From positions 118,732,001 through 118,796,000 of the forward strand of contig NC_087437.1 in the NCBI RefSeq assembly GCF_036321535.1: a DNA stretch of 64,000 bases, given 5' to 3'. This document shows positions 12,490 to 25,900 of the stretch, piece after piece (position 1 is the first letter of the stretch; every line of letters starts with the position of its first letter). This stretch comes from Camelus dromedarius. Its lineage: Eukaryota. A program made the translations under genes and the position numbers. The notes under the pieces are model-generated. The model had not been told where the DNA came from. It did no database searches and saw only the letters and a list, made by a program, of their open reading frames with translations.

Positions 12490-12925
12490 TGGTTAGTGCC
12501 CCGGGGCTGGCATAACAAACTCTCCAAACTTGGACGCTGAAACAAGACTTTATTCTCTCACGGGTCTGGAAGCCAGATGCTCCGAGATGTCCAAGACGCT
12601 GGCAAAGTTAGTTCCTCCTAGAGGCCTTGAGGGAGAATCCACTCCAGGCCTGGCTCCCGGCGCTGGGGCTCCTGCGCCCCCGGGTTCCCTGGCTGAGGCA
12701 GCATCCTTCAATCTCTGCCTCCATCTTCACGTCGCCCTCTCGTTGTGGGTCTCTGTGTCTCAAATCCCTCCCCACCCCCACCGTCTCTTCTTGCATTTCA
12801 GGCCCACTCGCATCTCCAGACCCTCTTTGGAAACATGTGCAAATACCCTTTTCCCAAATAAGGTCACATGCACGATCCCAGGTGGACGGGCATTAGGAGG
12901 AGGGCGGACACCATTCATCTCCCAC
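12490..12925. mobile_element. MaLR (MLT1-type) LTR
   Basis: cataacaaa...tttattctctcac...ctggaagccaga...tttcccaaataaggtcacat. Confidence 0.65.
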
Positions 12926-13695
12926 ATCCGCTCTGCTCCCTGGGGTGAGGTGGGGGGGCAGTAGCGGGCAAGGTCTCAGGACCCAGAGTCACCAGCTTGG
13001 CTGAGTCCTGACTCAGGCCAGGAACCGGACCCCCCACTTCTGCTCCTTGACCTGGAAAATGCAGATTAGGGGCAAGCACACCCGGTTATTGTGAAGCTGA
13101 GATGAGCATCTCAGAGGGGCGCCGGGCGAGGCCGGCACTCGGTGCCGCCAGCGACTTCTCACAGGCTGGCTCCCTGATGACAGCCCCGTGGGGAAGCAAG
13201 AGACTCCAGCAACCGCTTCCCCCAGACGCCCCAGCAGCCTGAGCTGGTCTGGCGGGCAGCCTGGGTGGTGGCAGGGCAGGGGCTGGCACCCAAGGGACCC
13301 GGGAGAGCCTACCTGTCGTCTCTCCATGCCCAGTCTCCTGTCCCGTCCTGAACCTCAGGTGACACTGGCTCATCAGAAGTCACAGAGGAACATTCAGACT
13401 TCCCCATGGAATCGTGGAGGCCCCTTGTCCGCAGGGGGCCGGCAGGGACCCCTCTTGTGCTCTGAGCCTGTTTGAGCCAGCCCCTCCTGCGGTCGGGGCT
13501 GTGCTGGGCAACTGGTCTGCCCTGAGTCCATGTGCGGGAGGGCGTGCTGTGTTGGGCTGGGCGGGCAGGCCTGGAAGGATGAAGCACCGGGAGGTCCGCT
13601 TGGGGACGTTGGGGACACATTCTCATCTTGTGTGTTTGCAGAGTTTGCCAAGAAGATTGGAGGTGCTGAGCAGCAGCTTGACGGGACGACAGTGG

Positions 13696-13944
13696 ATGCC
13701 CATGACCTACAGGTCCCGGCAGCGCCAGACGCACAGTTCCAGTTCTCCCCGACACCATCCCAAAAAAGAAATGGCTTCCTTCCTGCAGCAGCCACTGCCA
13801 ACGGGCGCAGGAGCAGGACAGATGATGAGTCCCCCAAACTGGCAGTTTGGGGGGAAGGAGCCCGTTTTCTTCCCCAAGGATTTCAAGCCTATCCCTTTGA
13901 GTGAGCAGCAGCCAGGAGGAAACAGAGACCAACAGAGCACAAAG
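13696..13944 (+). CDS. MX2: MX2 coding exon 1 (exon begins 13642); N-terminal domain [26 protein letters not shown]...QQSTK
   Basis: Acceptor ttgcag at 13641; ATG 13696; homology to MxB N-terminus; donor AAG|GCAAGT, phase 0. Confidence 0.88.
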
Positions 13945-16900
13945 GCAAGTCGGGTGGAGGGACGGGCAGGAAGGGCACTCCCGGCCACCAGGCCGAGGAG
14001 GACCAGAGAGCGGCCATGGGGGAGCCCCCTCCAGGGCAGCCAGGTCTGCACGTGTGGTCCCCCCCCCCCCCAAGCAGCACGGCTCTCTCCTGGGCACTTC
14101 CAACAAGCCCCAGGGACAGTCTCTGGGCAGCAATGGCCTTCCCGGTCATGGATCTGGGGGCTCCGTTCTTCGTGAGGGGGTCTCCTTCCTGGGAGGTGTT
14201 CCCCTGGCTATGACTGCCACTGTCACCATGGCCAGCCCAGCCCAGCCCACCCCAGCTCGGCAGTCCCGGGGCCCCCGACTCTCCTCCCTCTGGCAGGGAG
14301 CACCACCTCTCGGCAACTTCTCCCTTCTTAGTCGGGCACCTCCTCCTCCAGCCCCAGCCAAACTCCCCCCCGCAGCAGCAGAAGCCGAGTCTCCACAGGA
14401 ACAGAGCACAGGGCCCTCCCCCGGGCACGTCTCCATCCACCGCTCACCCTCCTGCCTGTAACCCATCACCTGTAGCTGCATCAGCTCGGCCAAAGATTCC
14501 CAATGGCGGTGGGAGCCCTGTCAGAGGCCACGACTGTGAAGTCTGTTCTGCCTCCCCCAGGGGCCCGAAAACAGCCTGTTCAGCCCGTACGAGGAGAGGG
14601 TTCGGCCCTGCATCGACCTCGTCGACTCCCTGCGGGCCCTGGGCGTGGAGCAGGACCTGGCCCTGCCCGCCATCGCCGTCATCGGGGACCAGAGCTCGGG
14701 CAAGAGCTCCGTGCTGGAGGCGCTGTCGGGGGTCGCCCTTCCCCGGGGCAGCGGTAAGCACCATTGGGCCAGCCTCGCTCTGCAGCCAGAGGCCGGCCGC
14801 CTGCAAGCCACAAAGCATCCCTGGGACCAGGGGTTTCACGGGCTGGTCTCTGGGAAGGACCCCCGGAGGGTGGCTCCCACAGGCCCTGCACGGCGGGGTC
14901 TGCAGTGGACGGGGAGGGGGGCTGGGTGTCCCAAGCTGCCCTTAGTACCTGGGTCCTCTCCTCGTGTCAGTAGGCATCGCTGGGCCTGTGTTAGTTTCCT
15001 TCTAGTGGTTTCTGTAAGCGAATTTCTTGTCTGAAGTCATTAATTTGTGAGTTTCTCACACACAGTCTTTCTGAAGAAGTTTAGATCACAGAGTGATAAG
15101 ACCCGAAGTTTTCTTTTATAAAAAAATTAACTGTGTGTAGAGTTCAAAAGCTGTTTTGCCTTTCTGATGTAATCAAATAATTATAAAGGGGAAAAAAAAG
15201 AAGAAAGAGGTGGCAGCTGGGAAGAGGGTCGAGGTTCCGCCAGCCGGTTCCCTTCCTCACTCCCATCTCCTGCCAGCAGTGCCCATCCCCCGCACCCAAC
15301 GAGAAACAGGGGCCAGGGTTCGGCCTCCTGGGCACACAGGAGGGTGTGGGGGTGCTGGGGGACGGCCCAGACCCTGCGCAGCCCCAGGAACAGCCGCGCT
15401 GCCAGGGGCCCTGGCCTGTGCTCCCTCTGACCACAGACAGCTGGTCTTCTACTCCGGGACGTCCCATGAGATCCCCACCAGCCAGGCTCCTGATGGATGA
15501 GAACTCAGAGTGGGCACAGTGGCTCCTCCTCTCTGCCCTGGGTTCAGCGTTCTGGGGAGAGACGCCACAGGGCAGAGAGTCTGGAGGCCACGGCAGTGAC
15601 GTGGGGCAGGCAGGGGACCCTGGACAAGGTCCCAGGCTGGGAGTGGTCGTAGGACAGCCCTGCTGTGTGCAGGTACTAGGGGCTTGACCACCGGAGCACA
15701 GCCCCAGGCAGCTCAGGGCAGTTCCAGCTTCCCTGGGAACTTGATCCCTCCCTGCCAGGCGCCCCCACAAACCTCACCCTTGGGCCCCGATGTGCACATC
15801 CTGCTCCCCCTCCCCTGCCTACCCCCACCCCCAACCTCCTCCCGCAGGACTGGGAGGGGCTTGGGAGGGCTGGACAGGGTCGGGCAGACCTCTGGCTGAC
15901 ATCCCGCCTGTCCCGGACAATGCCCGAGGCATTTCTAGGGCCTGGGGGTAAGTGTGGTGGCCTGGACTGGGCCCTAGAGAGGGACAGAAATTTCAGACCA
16001 AGCCTCCGGGGACACGGGGCAGGTCCTGGGGATAAGAGCAGAGGGTACCTGAGAACGCTTCTTTTATGTTTGGGAAACTCTCTCCCAGGAATCGTCACCA
16101 GGTGTCCGCTGGTGCTGCAACTGAAGAAACAGCTGCACGAGTGCACGTGGAGGGGGACACTCAGCTACCGGAACACGGAGCTCCAGCTGCAGGACCCCTC
16201 CCAGGTGGAGAGGGAAATCCGGAAAGGTAGGGCCCGGGGAGGCTGCAGGGGCGGCTCCTTCTGCCCGTGGCCATCCTCCTCGGGGCCCCTGCAGCTTCAC
16301 AGGAGCCTGTGCTGCTCCCCTCCCCTCGCCCCTGCCTGCACGCCGTCCCTCCTGGTTGTCTGTTTAATTCTTCCTCTTTCTTTTGGTCTCAGCTTACCTG
16401 CCTGCTTTTCCTCTGGGAAGTGTCCCCCGCAGGGTCCCCGCTGGCCCCAGCCATCCTGGCACTGCTCTAATCTGGAGTGGCTGATTGCCTGTGGCAGTGG
16501 CTCTGCCCCCAGGCGACTTCCCCCAACACTGTCCCAGCCCCAGCCCCACCCCCATGTAGCCCCCTCCCCCTCCCCTCAGCCAAAGGGTCCTTAGTAGAAG
16601 CACAGCCAACCCTGGCCTTTGGACAAAACTCACCAGCCCTGGGGATTAGCCTTGGGCAGGCGCAGAATGCTCAAAAGCCTCCATTGCTCCTGGATTCCGC
16701 TTCCAAACCTGCTTAGAGGAGCCCTGGGGGTCGCCCTCCCGCAGCCCTGACCCTCAGGTCCCTGAGTCAGCCTGTCCTTCCCAGAGGCTTCTCCCTGCCC
16801 TGCTCGCAAGCTGGGCTCAGCCAGGCAGGCAAAATTAGCCTTGATCCTCGCAGGAATCCCTGCAGACAGGGCCTCTGTTCCAGGCAGACGGGCTTTGCGC

Positions 16901-19900
16901 CTTACTCAGCCATAAACTCAGCACGTGAGACAGGGGTTTTCACCTCACTCCCTGGGCCTAGCTCCCCGGGAACCGCGTGGCCTCGGCTGGCTCACCAGAG
17001 GGATCCCTCCCAGGTGGAGAGATACTGCCTCAATTCTAGCATTCACCCCCACCCCCAATACAGAAGCTGCTTGCGGCCCTCAACTGGCAAATTTCCTAGC
17101 GTCAAGTTTATAAAAGCTCTGCCCCCCAGCTACGCCCGCTGCACCTGTCCTGGGCGGCCGCGGGCCCCGCACGGCCCGCTGCGCCACTGAAGTCAGCCCT
17201 GGGCTCTGCAGCCCCACGAGCTCTGCGGGCAGAGCCGGGAGGGCGGTGGGCTCCCACACACCGTGGGCGTGTGCTTGGATGAACGTGGGAAGATGAGTCA
17301 TGAGCAAACCACAGCTAAAGCATCTTTAGAATAGCGTCTCGGAACTCCGCTGCCCTGCTGGTGGAAGTCTGAGTTGGTGTGGCCACTTTGGAAAACTGCC
17401 ACAATTTTCCAGTAAGGCTGGAGGCGTGCACACCCCATGTCGCCCCAAAAGTCCACTCCTGAGCACACAGGCAGCGGACATGTGCGCCAAGAGTCAGGTT
17501 CTAGGATGTTCATAGCCCACACTGGAGACCCCCCAGTGTCCGTCCACAGTCGACCTGATCATGGCACTGGGTGGACGAACAGGCAGCAGTGAAGAGGAAG
17601 CACCCTCAGCTACCAGCAGCAGGACAGGGGACCACGCAGGCCTCGTGTGGGGCGGGAAGCCAGACCAAGGGGCCCTGTGGTTCATGATTCCATTTGTGAT
17701 TAGGTGAGACCACGTGAAACTGCTGTTCTCGTAGGTCAGACGTGGTCGTCTCTCAGCAAATTCACTCGGCCCAACCACGGATAAAGTGCAAAGTGGGCAA
17801 AAGGAGTAGATGCCGGCCGAGCCCAGGCCAGGGGTCATCCTTGCTGGAGGCCGATGCCCGACAGGGAGAGAGCGGCTTGGAGGGCTGCCCGTGCTCTGTG
17901 ACTTGAGCCGTGTGTTGGTTACACCTGTGAGTCCCGCCTGTGAAACTCACCGAGCACCTGCTTAGACGGTGGGGACTGTCCTGCGCGTGCGTGACTCTTC
18001 AGTAAAAGGTTACAAAAGTCGTACCTTAAGTAGTGACGATGAATGACGATTGAAGCAGGGGAAGTTTACAGAGGAGCAGCCCTGGCTCTAGCCTGCCCCG
18101 TGCTCTGTCTGTAGAGAATCAGGCACTTAATCCAGCCTGCGCCTTAAGCTGCTTCCCTGCCCCTCAGGGCTGTTCCCGAATATGGGAGAAGGGCTCAATG
18201 GCCACAGTTACACAGTGCTTTTGCCGGGCCGGGCGGTCCATCTGGACTCTGGGTGTCTCCTCTTTGGTCTCCGCAGCCCAGGACGCCATAGCTGGGAGTG
18301 GAGTTGGCATTAGCCACGAGCTCATTAGTCTGGAGGTCACCGCCCCTGAGGTTCCAGATCTGACCCTCATTGATCTTCCCGGCATCGCCAGGGTGGCCGT
18401 GGGAAATCAGCCCCAGGACATCGGACAGCAGGTGAGCCTTTCTGGAACTTGGCAACGGGCCATGCTAAGTTGGGGTGGCTTCTGAGGTCTCTGCCGGCAG
18501 CCCCACGTGCTCTGGTGCACCTCCGCAGCCCTCCCTCTGAGCGGTTGTGGAGGAGACTGGGGTCGGACCTTCTAGGACTGGGGGCTCACACTCGGGTTCT
18601 GAGAAGGGCCTGGCAGGTCATGGAAACGGGCAAAGTTGACTCAGTGTTTCAGGGGACAGCTGACACCTCACTGCATGTTGTCGTGTGGGAACGTCAGTCC
18701 TGTCTTACTGCTATCCTGATGTTCAAAGTGTGCCGGAAATTTGGTTTGTACGTGAAATCTGCTAAATTTAGTAGCAATATTTTTGCTAAAGCAGTACTTT
18801 GGAAGTCAATTGGAACACAGACTGTGATGTCTGGTCGGAGGCAGAAAGGCCAGCACCATGGACAGGGCTGAGATCAGGCTCACCTTGAAGCGCACACCTT
18901 GCCCCTCCCATGAGGGGCTCCTGAAAGAGGCCGGGGGTTCTTGAGCCAAGCAAAGGCCAAAGTTCAAGGAGACTGGGAGGAAGCTGTCCTTCATCTACGA
19001 GGTGCTCCAGGAAGGCGATAGTCACAGAATCAGGGGACAGCAAGTTCCCTGTGTTAAGAGAGGCGACCCGGAGGCTTAGCCAGGTCCTGACGGGCCAGAG
19101 GGAGAGGGTGGGAAAGCGGCAGAGAAAGGAGGTAAGGAGGTGCTCGGGTGAATGCCCAGGGCAGGGCTGGACCTGGACTCTGTGTCCCCCTTGCAGGTCC
19201 ACACCCTTCCTCCTTCTCTCTACCCGGCCTCTTGCGGGCACAAACCGTGCCATTTTGTCAGTGTTTCCGCATCAAGTCCCGTGTGGCCCCCTCCTCTCAA
19301 GCCGGCCACTCGCAGGAACACGCTGCCCTTTTCCCTCTTGAAAGCAGTGCTTACACTTGAGGAAGCATCCACTGGGGAGGTGAGCATAAGAGTTTGTCAG
19401 AATCAGAAAAACAGAAAGTAAATTGTTAAGAAGCTGGTAAGAAGCTAGTCTGTTGAGAGGACTGTTTGGTCAGAAGTGAGGAGTTGCCCATCACAGGACG
19501 CAGCCAGTCAAGCTACAATCCTGACTGGCTCCACTTTCAAACACATCCCAAGACCCGTGCCGTCATGTTTCCCTGTCCGCTGCCGCAAGGAGCCCACAGC
19601 ACCGCCATCTCTTACTGAGCTCCCGTCTCTGCCCTGCTTCCTGGCTCTCCTGCCCCTGCCGCTCATGGCAGCACCCGTTCCCCAAGTGCACTCTTACACA
19701 ACGCTCCTGTCCTAGAGCACAGGCCAGACGCCCTCACTCCTCAGAGTCCCCAGTGGCTCCCATGTCAATCCACAAGACAGCTCCCGAGGTCCCATGTGAG
19801 CTGGCCCCAGATCATTGGCCCCGTGTCCTCTGTGCCCCACCCCTATCTTTATTCCTCCTCTTCCCTCTTCCTGAAATGCCCTCCCCGCCCAGACTTCCAC

Positions 19901-22900
19901 CTGGCACGTGCCCCCACTTACCCCAGGCTTCTACTCAAAGGCCATCATGATGCCTAATGCCGGACGCCCTGTGCCCGGCCCTTCTGACTCCATGCCCCTT
20001 TTCACCGAGTGTTCATGGCCTGCATTCCCTGCTGGGGAGTAACCGGGGAGGAACTGCCTTCCGTGTTGGCTGCTGAATCTCTGGGTCCTCAAACGGCCCA
20101 GAACCTGAGCCCGATAAGCACGGGTGACGTGAGCAGAAGGTATTCTGTTTACGAAGCTTCCCTCTGCAGGCAGACACCCGGGGGGCAGTTTTCACTCCCC
20201 AAGATCCTGTCAAAATGCACATGAAGGAGTGTGATTCAGGCCGCAGTTCCCAGCTCCGGGGAACGCAGGCATGTCTGAGACATTTTTGGTTATCACAACT
20301 TGGGAAAAGTGCAATTATTACCAGCATCTAGTAGGTAGAGACAGAGACGCAGCTCAGTACTCCACAGCGCACAGGACAGCCCCGCAGGGGAGGTCCCTCA
20401 CCCCAACAAGGAGAGTAATTATTCTTCTGTAATAGTCGGGTTGCGGGGTTGTGTTGGTTTCTGGTGTGCAGCATGGTGATTCAGTCACACGTGTGCATGA
20501 ATTCTTCTTCAGGTTCTCACCCATGATGGTTGATTGCAGGGCGTTGGGCACGGTTCCCTGTGCTACACAGAAGGGCCTGGTTGTAGAAAATGATTACTCT
20601 TATTGTTATGGAGCTGTCGTCACTATCAGTCAGTAATACAGATTTTGGACAAACTTGGGACTTTCAGAATATCACTGTTTAAGAGTTCTTGGATATTCTT
20701 GAAAGGGTCCAAATGCATGAAATCATTAAGTTAAATTTTAAAATAAGGATTGCAATTTGGATAGTAATAGCTCAAAAAAACAAACAAAACTGTTAAGAAG
20801 CCCAGGTTGCCAATAGCGCTGAGGCGGAGAGCCCTGGATGGCCCCGTCCGTTGACTTACAGAAGCTGTCAGGTCCGTCACGGAGGTGCCGCCGAGGGGCG
20901 AGGCACCAACACGAAGCGAACTTGCACCGTTAGGACAACTGCCACGGAAGCTCCCGGACAAAGTTTGCCTGTAGCTTTACTCAGTTAAACTTCCCGTGAC
21001 TGAGGCCTAACTGGACCTGTTCAAATTCGGCATTTTTATTTCATCTCAGTGCTTAACTTTCTATATGAGGCTAATGTGTGCTTATGTGACGGAAATTTTC
21101 TATTTTGTGGCTGTGCCTACTATTTTCTGTGCACAACTTGAAATTAGACGGAATGTCAGCTGCGCAGCACTAAGTGTGAGTTATACCAAATATAAGGAAA
21201 CACACCCCAAGGTGCCAGCCTGCTCCACGGTTATTTGTTTGCATTCTCCACGCAGGGAGTTTAAGGCGTATCTGGCCCACGTCTCCTGTGTGCCTGCAAA
21301 GTCTCAGAAATCTTATGACATCTCTCTAATTCTAATGAGCTAGACCCCTCCCGAGAACAAACGCAGGAAAAAGTCATTGGTTTTCTGCATAAACAAAGGT
21401 GGAGACATTACTGACGTCAGCTGTCACGGGGGCTGGCGCTGAGCACCTGCCGCGGGTGCTGTGCTGGGCTCTGCATGGGGACGTCCGGGATCATGACAGG
21501 GATGCCCCAGAGGTGTCCTTCTGGGGAGGACACAGCACGCACACACCACCCTCATAGAAGGCAGTCTCAGGAGTGCCATGGGAGAGATCTGGAGAGGAAG
21601 TAGGGTCTTGGGGGTCAGGGAGTCTTCGGGAAGGAAGAAACACTGGTGATGAGCTGTGCAGGATACGCAGGACGTCAACAGAGGACCCGGGAGGGCAGGT
21701 GGGCACACACTCCCAAGGAAGAGGACAAGCCAGAGCCCAGAAGTGGGACAGCTGGGCCGTGCTCTGGGTGTCACACACATGTGGCTGTGTCGTTGGGTGA
21801 CCAGAGATGAGCTCGTTCTTTGTGGTTCCCTGGCATCAGATCAAGGCACTCATCACCAAGTACATCCGGAGGCAGGAGACGATCAACCTGGTGGTGGTCC
21901 CCTGTAACGTGGACATCGCCACAACAGAGGCGCTGAGCATGGCCCAGGAGGTGGACCCCGATGGGGACAGGACCATAGGTAAGAAGAGGGAACCCAGTTC
22001 TAGAGGCCGGGAAGGGCGGGGGGAATCCTCGTGTATATAGAAGGCCCTGGGTTGGAGCTCTGCCAGGGACGCCCACTCCTGCGTTGGGTCCAAGTGCTGT
22101 TCCCAGGGGAAGCTCCATGGGCTGGGGGTCACAGTCAGGGTGAGACGTGTGGCCACAATTGGGAGGTCCTTTGCCCTCCTTCCACTTGTCCCTCATCTGC
22201 ATTCTCAAACCATTCCGGATGGGGGACGAGAACGTCCACAGTGGTCCACAAGGGAGAAAGTGCCTGGACCATCAGCTCTGCAGTCCCACAGTTGAGTTCT
22301 TGTGACTCCTTGGAGATGGGAAAGCCCTTCATAAAGCCCGGATGAGCATACTCAGTGAGCACACTTCCAGGCGTGCACTGCAGCACACGGTGTCTGCAGA
22401 ATTCACATTCAAGCACAACTTTTCGTTGGGGACCTGGGTTCCCTTAAATTCCTTTCGTTAAAAAGCCACCCTGGAAGGTATTATAGGGGACTTGGCTTAA
22501 GAACACAGACTGCTTGGGTTTGAATCCACGTCCTACCACTTACTGGCTGCACACCCTTAGGCAAATGGCAGCTCCTATTTTTAAAGTTTTAATATTATTA
22601 CTCAATATCCCTTCTTTACGAGTCATCGCACTTACCCATAGCGTTTTCCTTCCTGAAAACTGGCAAGTCATTTCCCTTGACTAAGTGGATACTCAGTACA
22701 CACCTACCCTTTATCCATTTTTATTTTCCCAAACGAGTTCCCAGTTTCCCAGTAAGGATGGACACAAGCCGATGGGGGCGCGGCTCAGTGCAGTGTTACT
22801 CCAGGCCAGACCACGCGTGCTCCCTTAGCTCCTGCCCCCTACAGGCGTCTCAGACACATGGACACAGGGAGAAAACGCAGGTCTGGGGTCACCCGTCCTT

Positions 22901-25900
22901 GTACGTGCAATTCCTGTCTCTTCTCACGATCGTAAGTCAAGAGGGATGTCCTGCTGACGGCCACGGCAGGTAATATCACCTGCCCAGTAGATCGATTCGG
23001 ATGTTGACATCTCTGTAGAAACTGAGTAACGCTTCTTATTAATCGTTGTCTGTTCCTCTCGTTAGGCGTAAACTCCGATAACCGAAGGTTCTCGCTAAAT
23101 ATTAGCTGCTATTAATATGAATTCACCAAGAACTGCAGGCGTAGAGGACACACAGTCAGACCTTAGTGCGTCCCAGACAGTATCACGGTGTCCCTGCAGG
23201 CTTTCCATCTGCACTCCAGGTCAAGTGCAGCGACAGAGACAAGTGCGCTGGGTTTAAAAAGAAAAGGGAATCCCCACCCACGTGCACAGCAGCGTTCTTC
23301 ACGAAAGCAAAAGGTGGGAGCAAACCAAGTGCCCATCAAGGGAGGAGTGCACAAGCGAACCACGGTGCGCACACACAATGGGGTGCTGTCCAGCCTTGCA
23401 AAGGAAGGACGTGAAATAAGCCAGTCCCAGAAAGATAAATCCTGTATGATTCCACTGACTTGAGGAACCTGGACAAATTCAAAGAGACAGGAAGTAGAAT
23501 GGCGGTTGCCAGAGGCGGGGAAGGGGACTGGCAGTTAATGAAAGGGTACAGAGTTTTGGTTTTGCAAGATGAGAAAATTCTGGAGCTGGGTGCTGGTCAC
23601 GATGGCACGGCAGTGAGGCTGTACTTAATGCCACCCAACTGGAGTCTTAAAAAATGGCTACAATTGTAAACTTGGTTATGTGTATTTTACCGTATTTTAT
23701 AAAACTAGCTTGAGAAGCGGGGACCACGATGGTGCAGAAAGGGGGGAGCAGCGTCTTCTCACGCACTGAGGTATTCTCTGGTGTACGTGAGTTACGTGTA
23801 CTTTAGCACATTTTTTAAAAGCAGAAAAGGAATGAATGCCTATGCAGTACTTCCAAAGGGTGAAAACAGAACAAATTTGGTGGATGATGTAGTTGTGGCT
23901 TACAGAATATTAAGCTTGGGGAAGAACAGAGTCAGAATATTTGTGGGGTCCCCACCAAGCTTGTTCCCCATCCATGCACTGCTAAATGCACACTGTCCAC
24001 ACAGCCAGCTCCGGCTGAGCTCCTGTCCCCACCTTGGGACAGAGAAGGCTCTGGTCAAGGTCACCAGTGGCCTCCGTGCTGACAAACGTGCAGTCCCTTC
24101 CCTGTGCTCATCTTCCTCCACCTCTCAGCCAAAGTCAAGGTGGCGACCACTCCCTTCTTGACATCTTCCTTCCTGCGCTGGGACATCACGGCCTGCTGGC
24201 CTCTGGGTCCCCATTCTCTCTCAGGTCTCCTCTTCCCTGGCCACCTGGAGGTCTCGATCTTGGTCTGGTTGGTTTTTCAGTTCTCTAACCTCTAAGTACT
24301 GGAAACCCAGAACTTGGTCCTGAGCTCTCCCCTCTGTTAACACAGCCTCTTTAAATAATCACGTCTGTCCACAGTTTCGAGTCCCATCGATTTGCCAGCG
24401 ACACCCACACCTGTATCTGTAACCCTTAACCTTTCCCTAGGCCTGACATCTCCACTTGGAAGCGCATTAAGTGTCTCCAATTTAATGTGACCAAAGCACA
24501 ACCCCTGGGGTCTGCACCCTACCCAGATTCTCCTCCTTCCCAGGGCTTCCCGGCCCCTTTCTTAGCTCCATACCCGCCTGCCCAGGTCTGAAGCCAAATC
24601 AGACAGTCACACCTGATTCTGCCTTCTGCTTGCTTACACATGTCTAACCCATCTGAAGTCCTGGTGACTCTGCCTCCAGACTGACACCACATCCATCTGC
24701 ACTTCTCATTTGTGCAGTCTGAGCCTCCATCACCTGCTGCCTGGTCTCTCCACACTCACCTTGCCCAGTGCACTGCACTCTCTGCTGGTCCTTAAACATG
24801 CAAATTGGGTCGTGTCGCCCCGCCCCCGACTGACTCTCTAATGCTCCCTCCGCACATACACAAACCCAGACTCCTGTGCCTGGACCACAAGCCCCCTGTG
24901 GCCTGGCCCCTGCGTGGCTCTCTGAGCACAGTTCCCGTTGCTCTCTGCCGCGCCCTCCTCTCCAGTCCTGCTCAGTCATCCCAGCTCCTTCTTCCCAAGG
25001 GCCTGGAAGGGTCTTTCCCCATCTTCACTAGGCCGGCTCCTTCCTCCTATCAGACCTCAGCCTGAGCGCTGCCTTCCCAGGGGCCCGCCTGGGGACCCAG
25101 CCGGGATCTACACCATCCACGCCTGCCTGCACTCACCTGCCAGCAGTCACTGTCATTCTCTGCATAGCACGGATCAACAGCGGATGTTTTTCTTTGTTTC
25201 CCTTACGTTACTGGATTCATTTCTCTAGCACTTTCCCACTACAAGGGAGGGGATATTCGTGAGATCAGGGACTTTGCAGTCTTGTTCACGGCCACCTGCT
25301 CAACACCCTCAGCATGCGCTTGACTCAGTGTGCTCCTTTCTTAATTAAATATGTTTGTGTACAGCATCTAGGAATGGATTAATTTTGTTTTTATAATTGA
25401 AGTGTCTAGGAATGTTTGGCAGTTAGTGGCCTTCCCTGTAGCTGGGGCCCTAAATGAGGCTCGTGAGCAAATGCTGCAGATGGGGACGTATTCGCGTGCG
25501 TCCTCTTTTTCAACCAGGCTCACTGCGAGAAGGCGCTCTCCCCAGCTGCAGCGAGTCCTAGCAGAGCGTCCCAAGTTCTGTTCTCTTGTACTTGTCCTGC
25601 GAATAAAGGCCAGTGGCCTAGGCTTCTACGAGTGACCGCTGCTTCCAGGGACGGGCCTTCTTGGCTGCTTTCTCCCTCCCAGGGGAAGGTCCTCTCTGGC
25701 CACGGAAGGTGCGAGAGTAGATTCAGAGACATCTCGACTCTGTCAGTGACATGAAGGCCTGTGCTTGCACAACCCTCTTAGCGACTGTGAAGATCCGCTC
25801 TTAAATGACACCTTTTGGTGACAGGAAGGTCAAAAGAGAGAGAGAAATTCAATCCTTTAGGTGCCAGGAAAGTTTCAGGAAATGGTGGACGAGAAGTCCA

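Noticed and set aside
13309..14133. 274-aa antisense ORF over the first MX2 coding exon
   Set aside because: Expected by-product of GC-rich coding sequence; no independent support.
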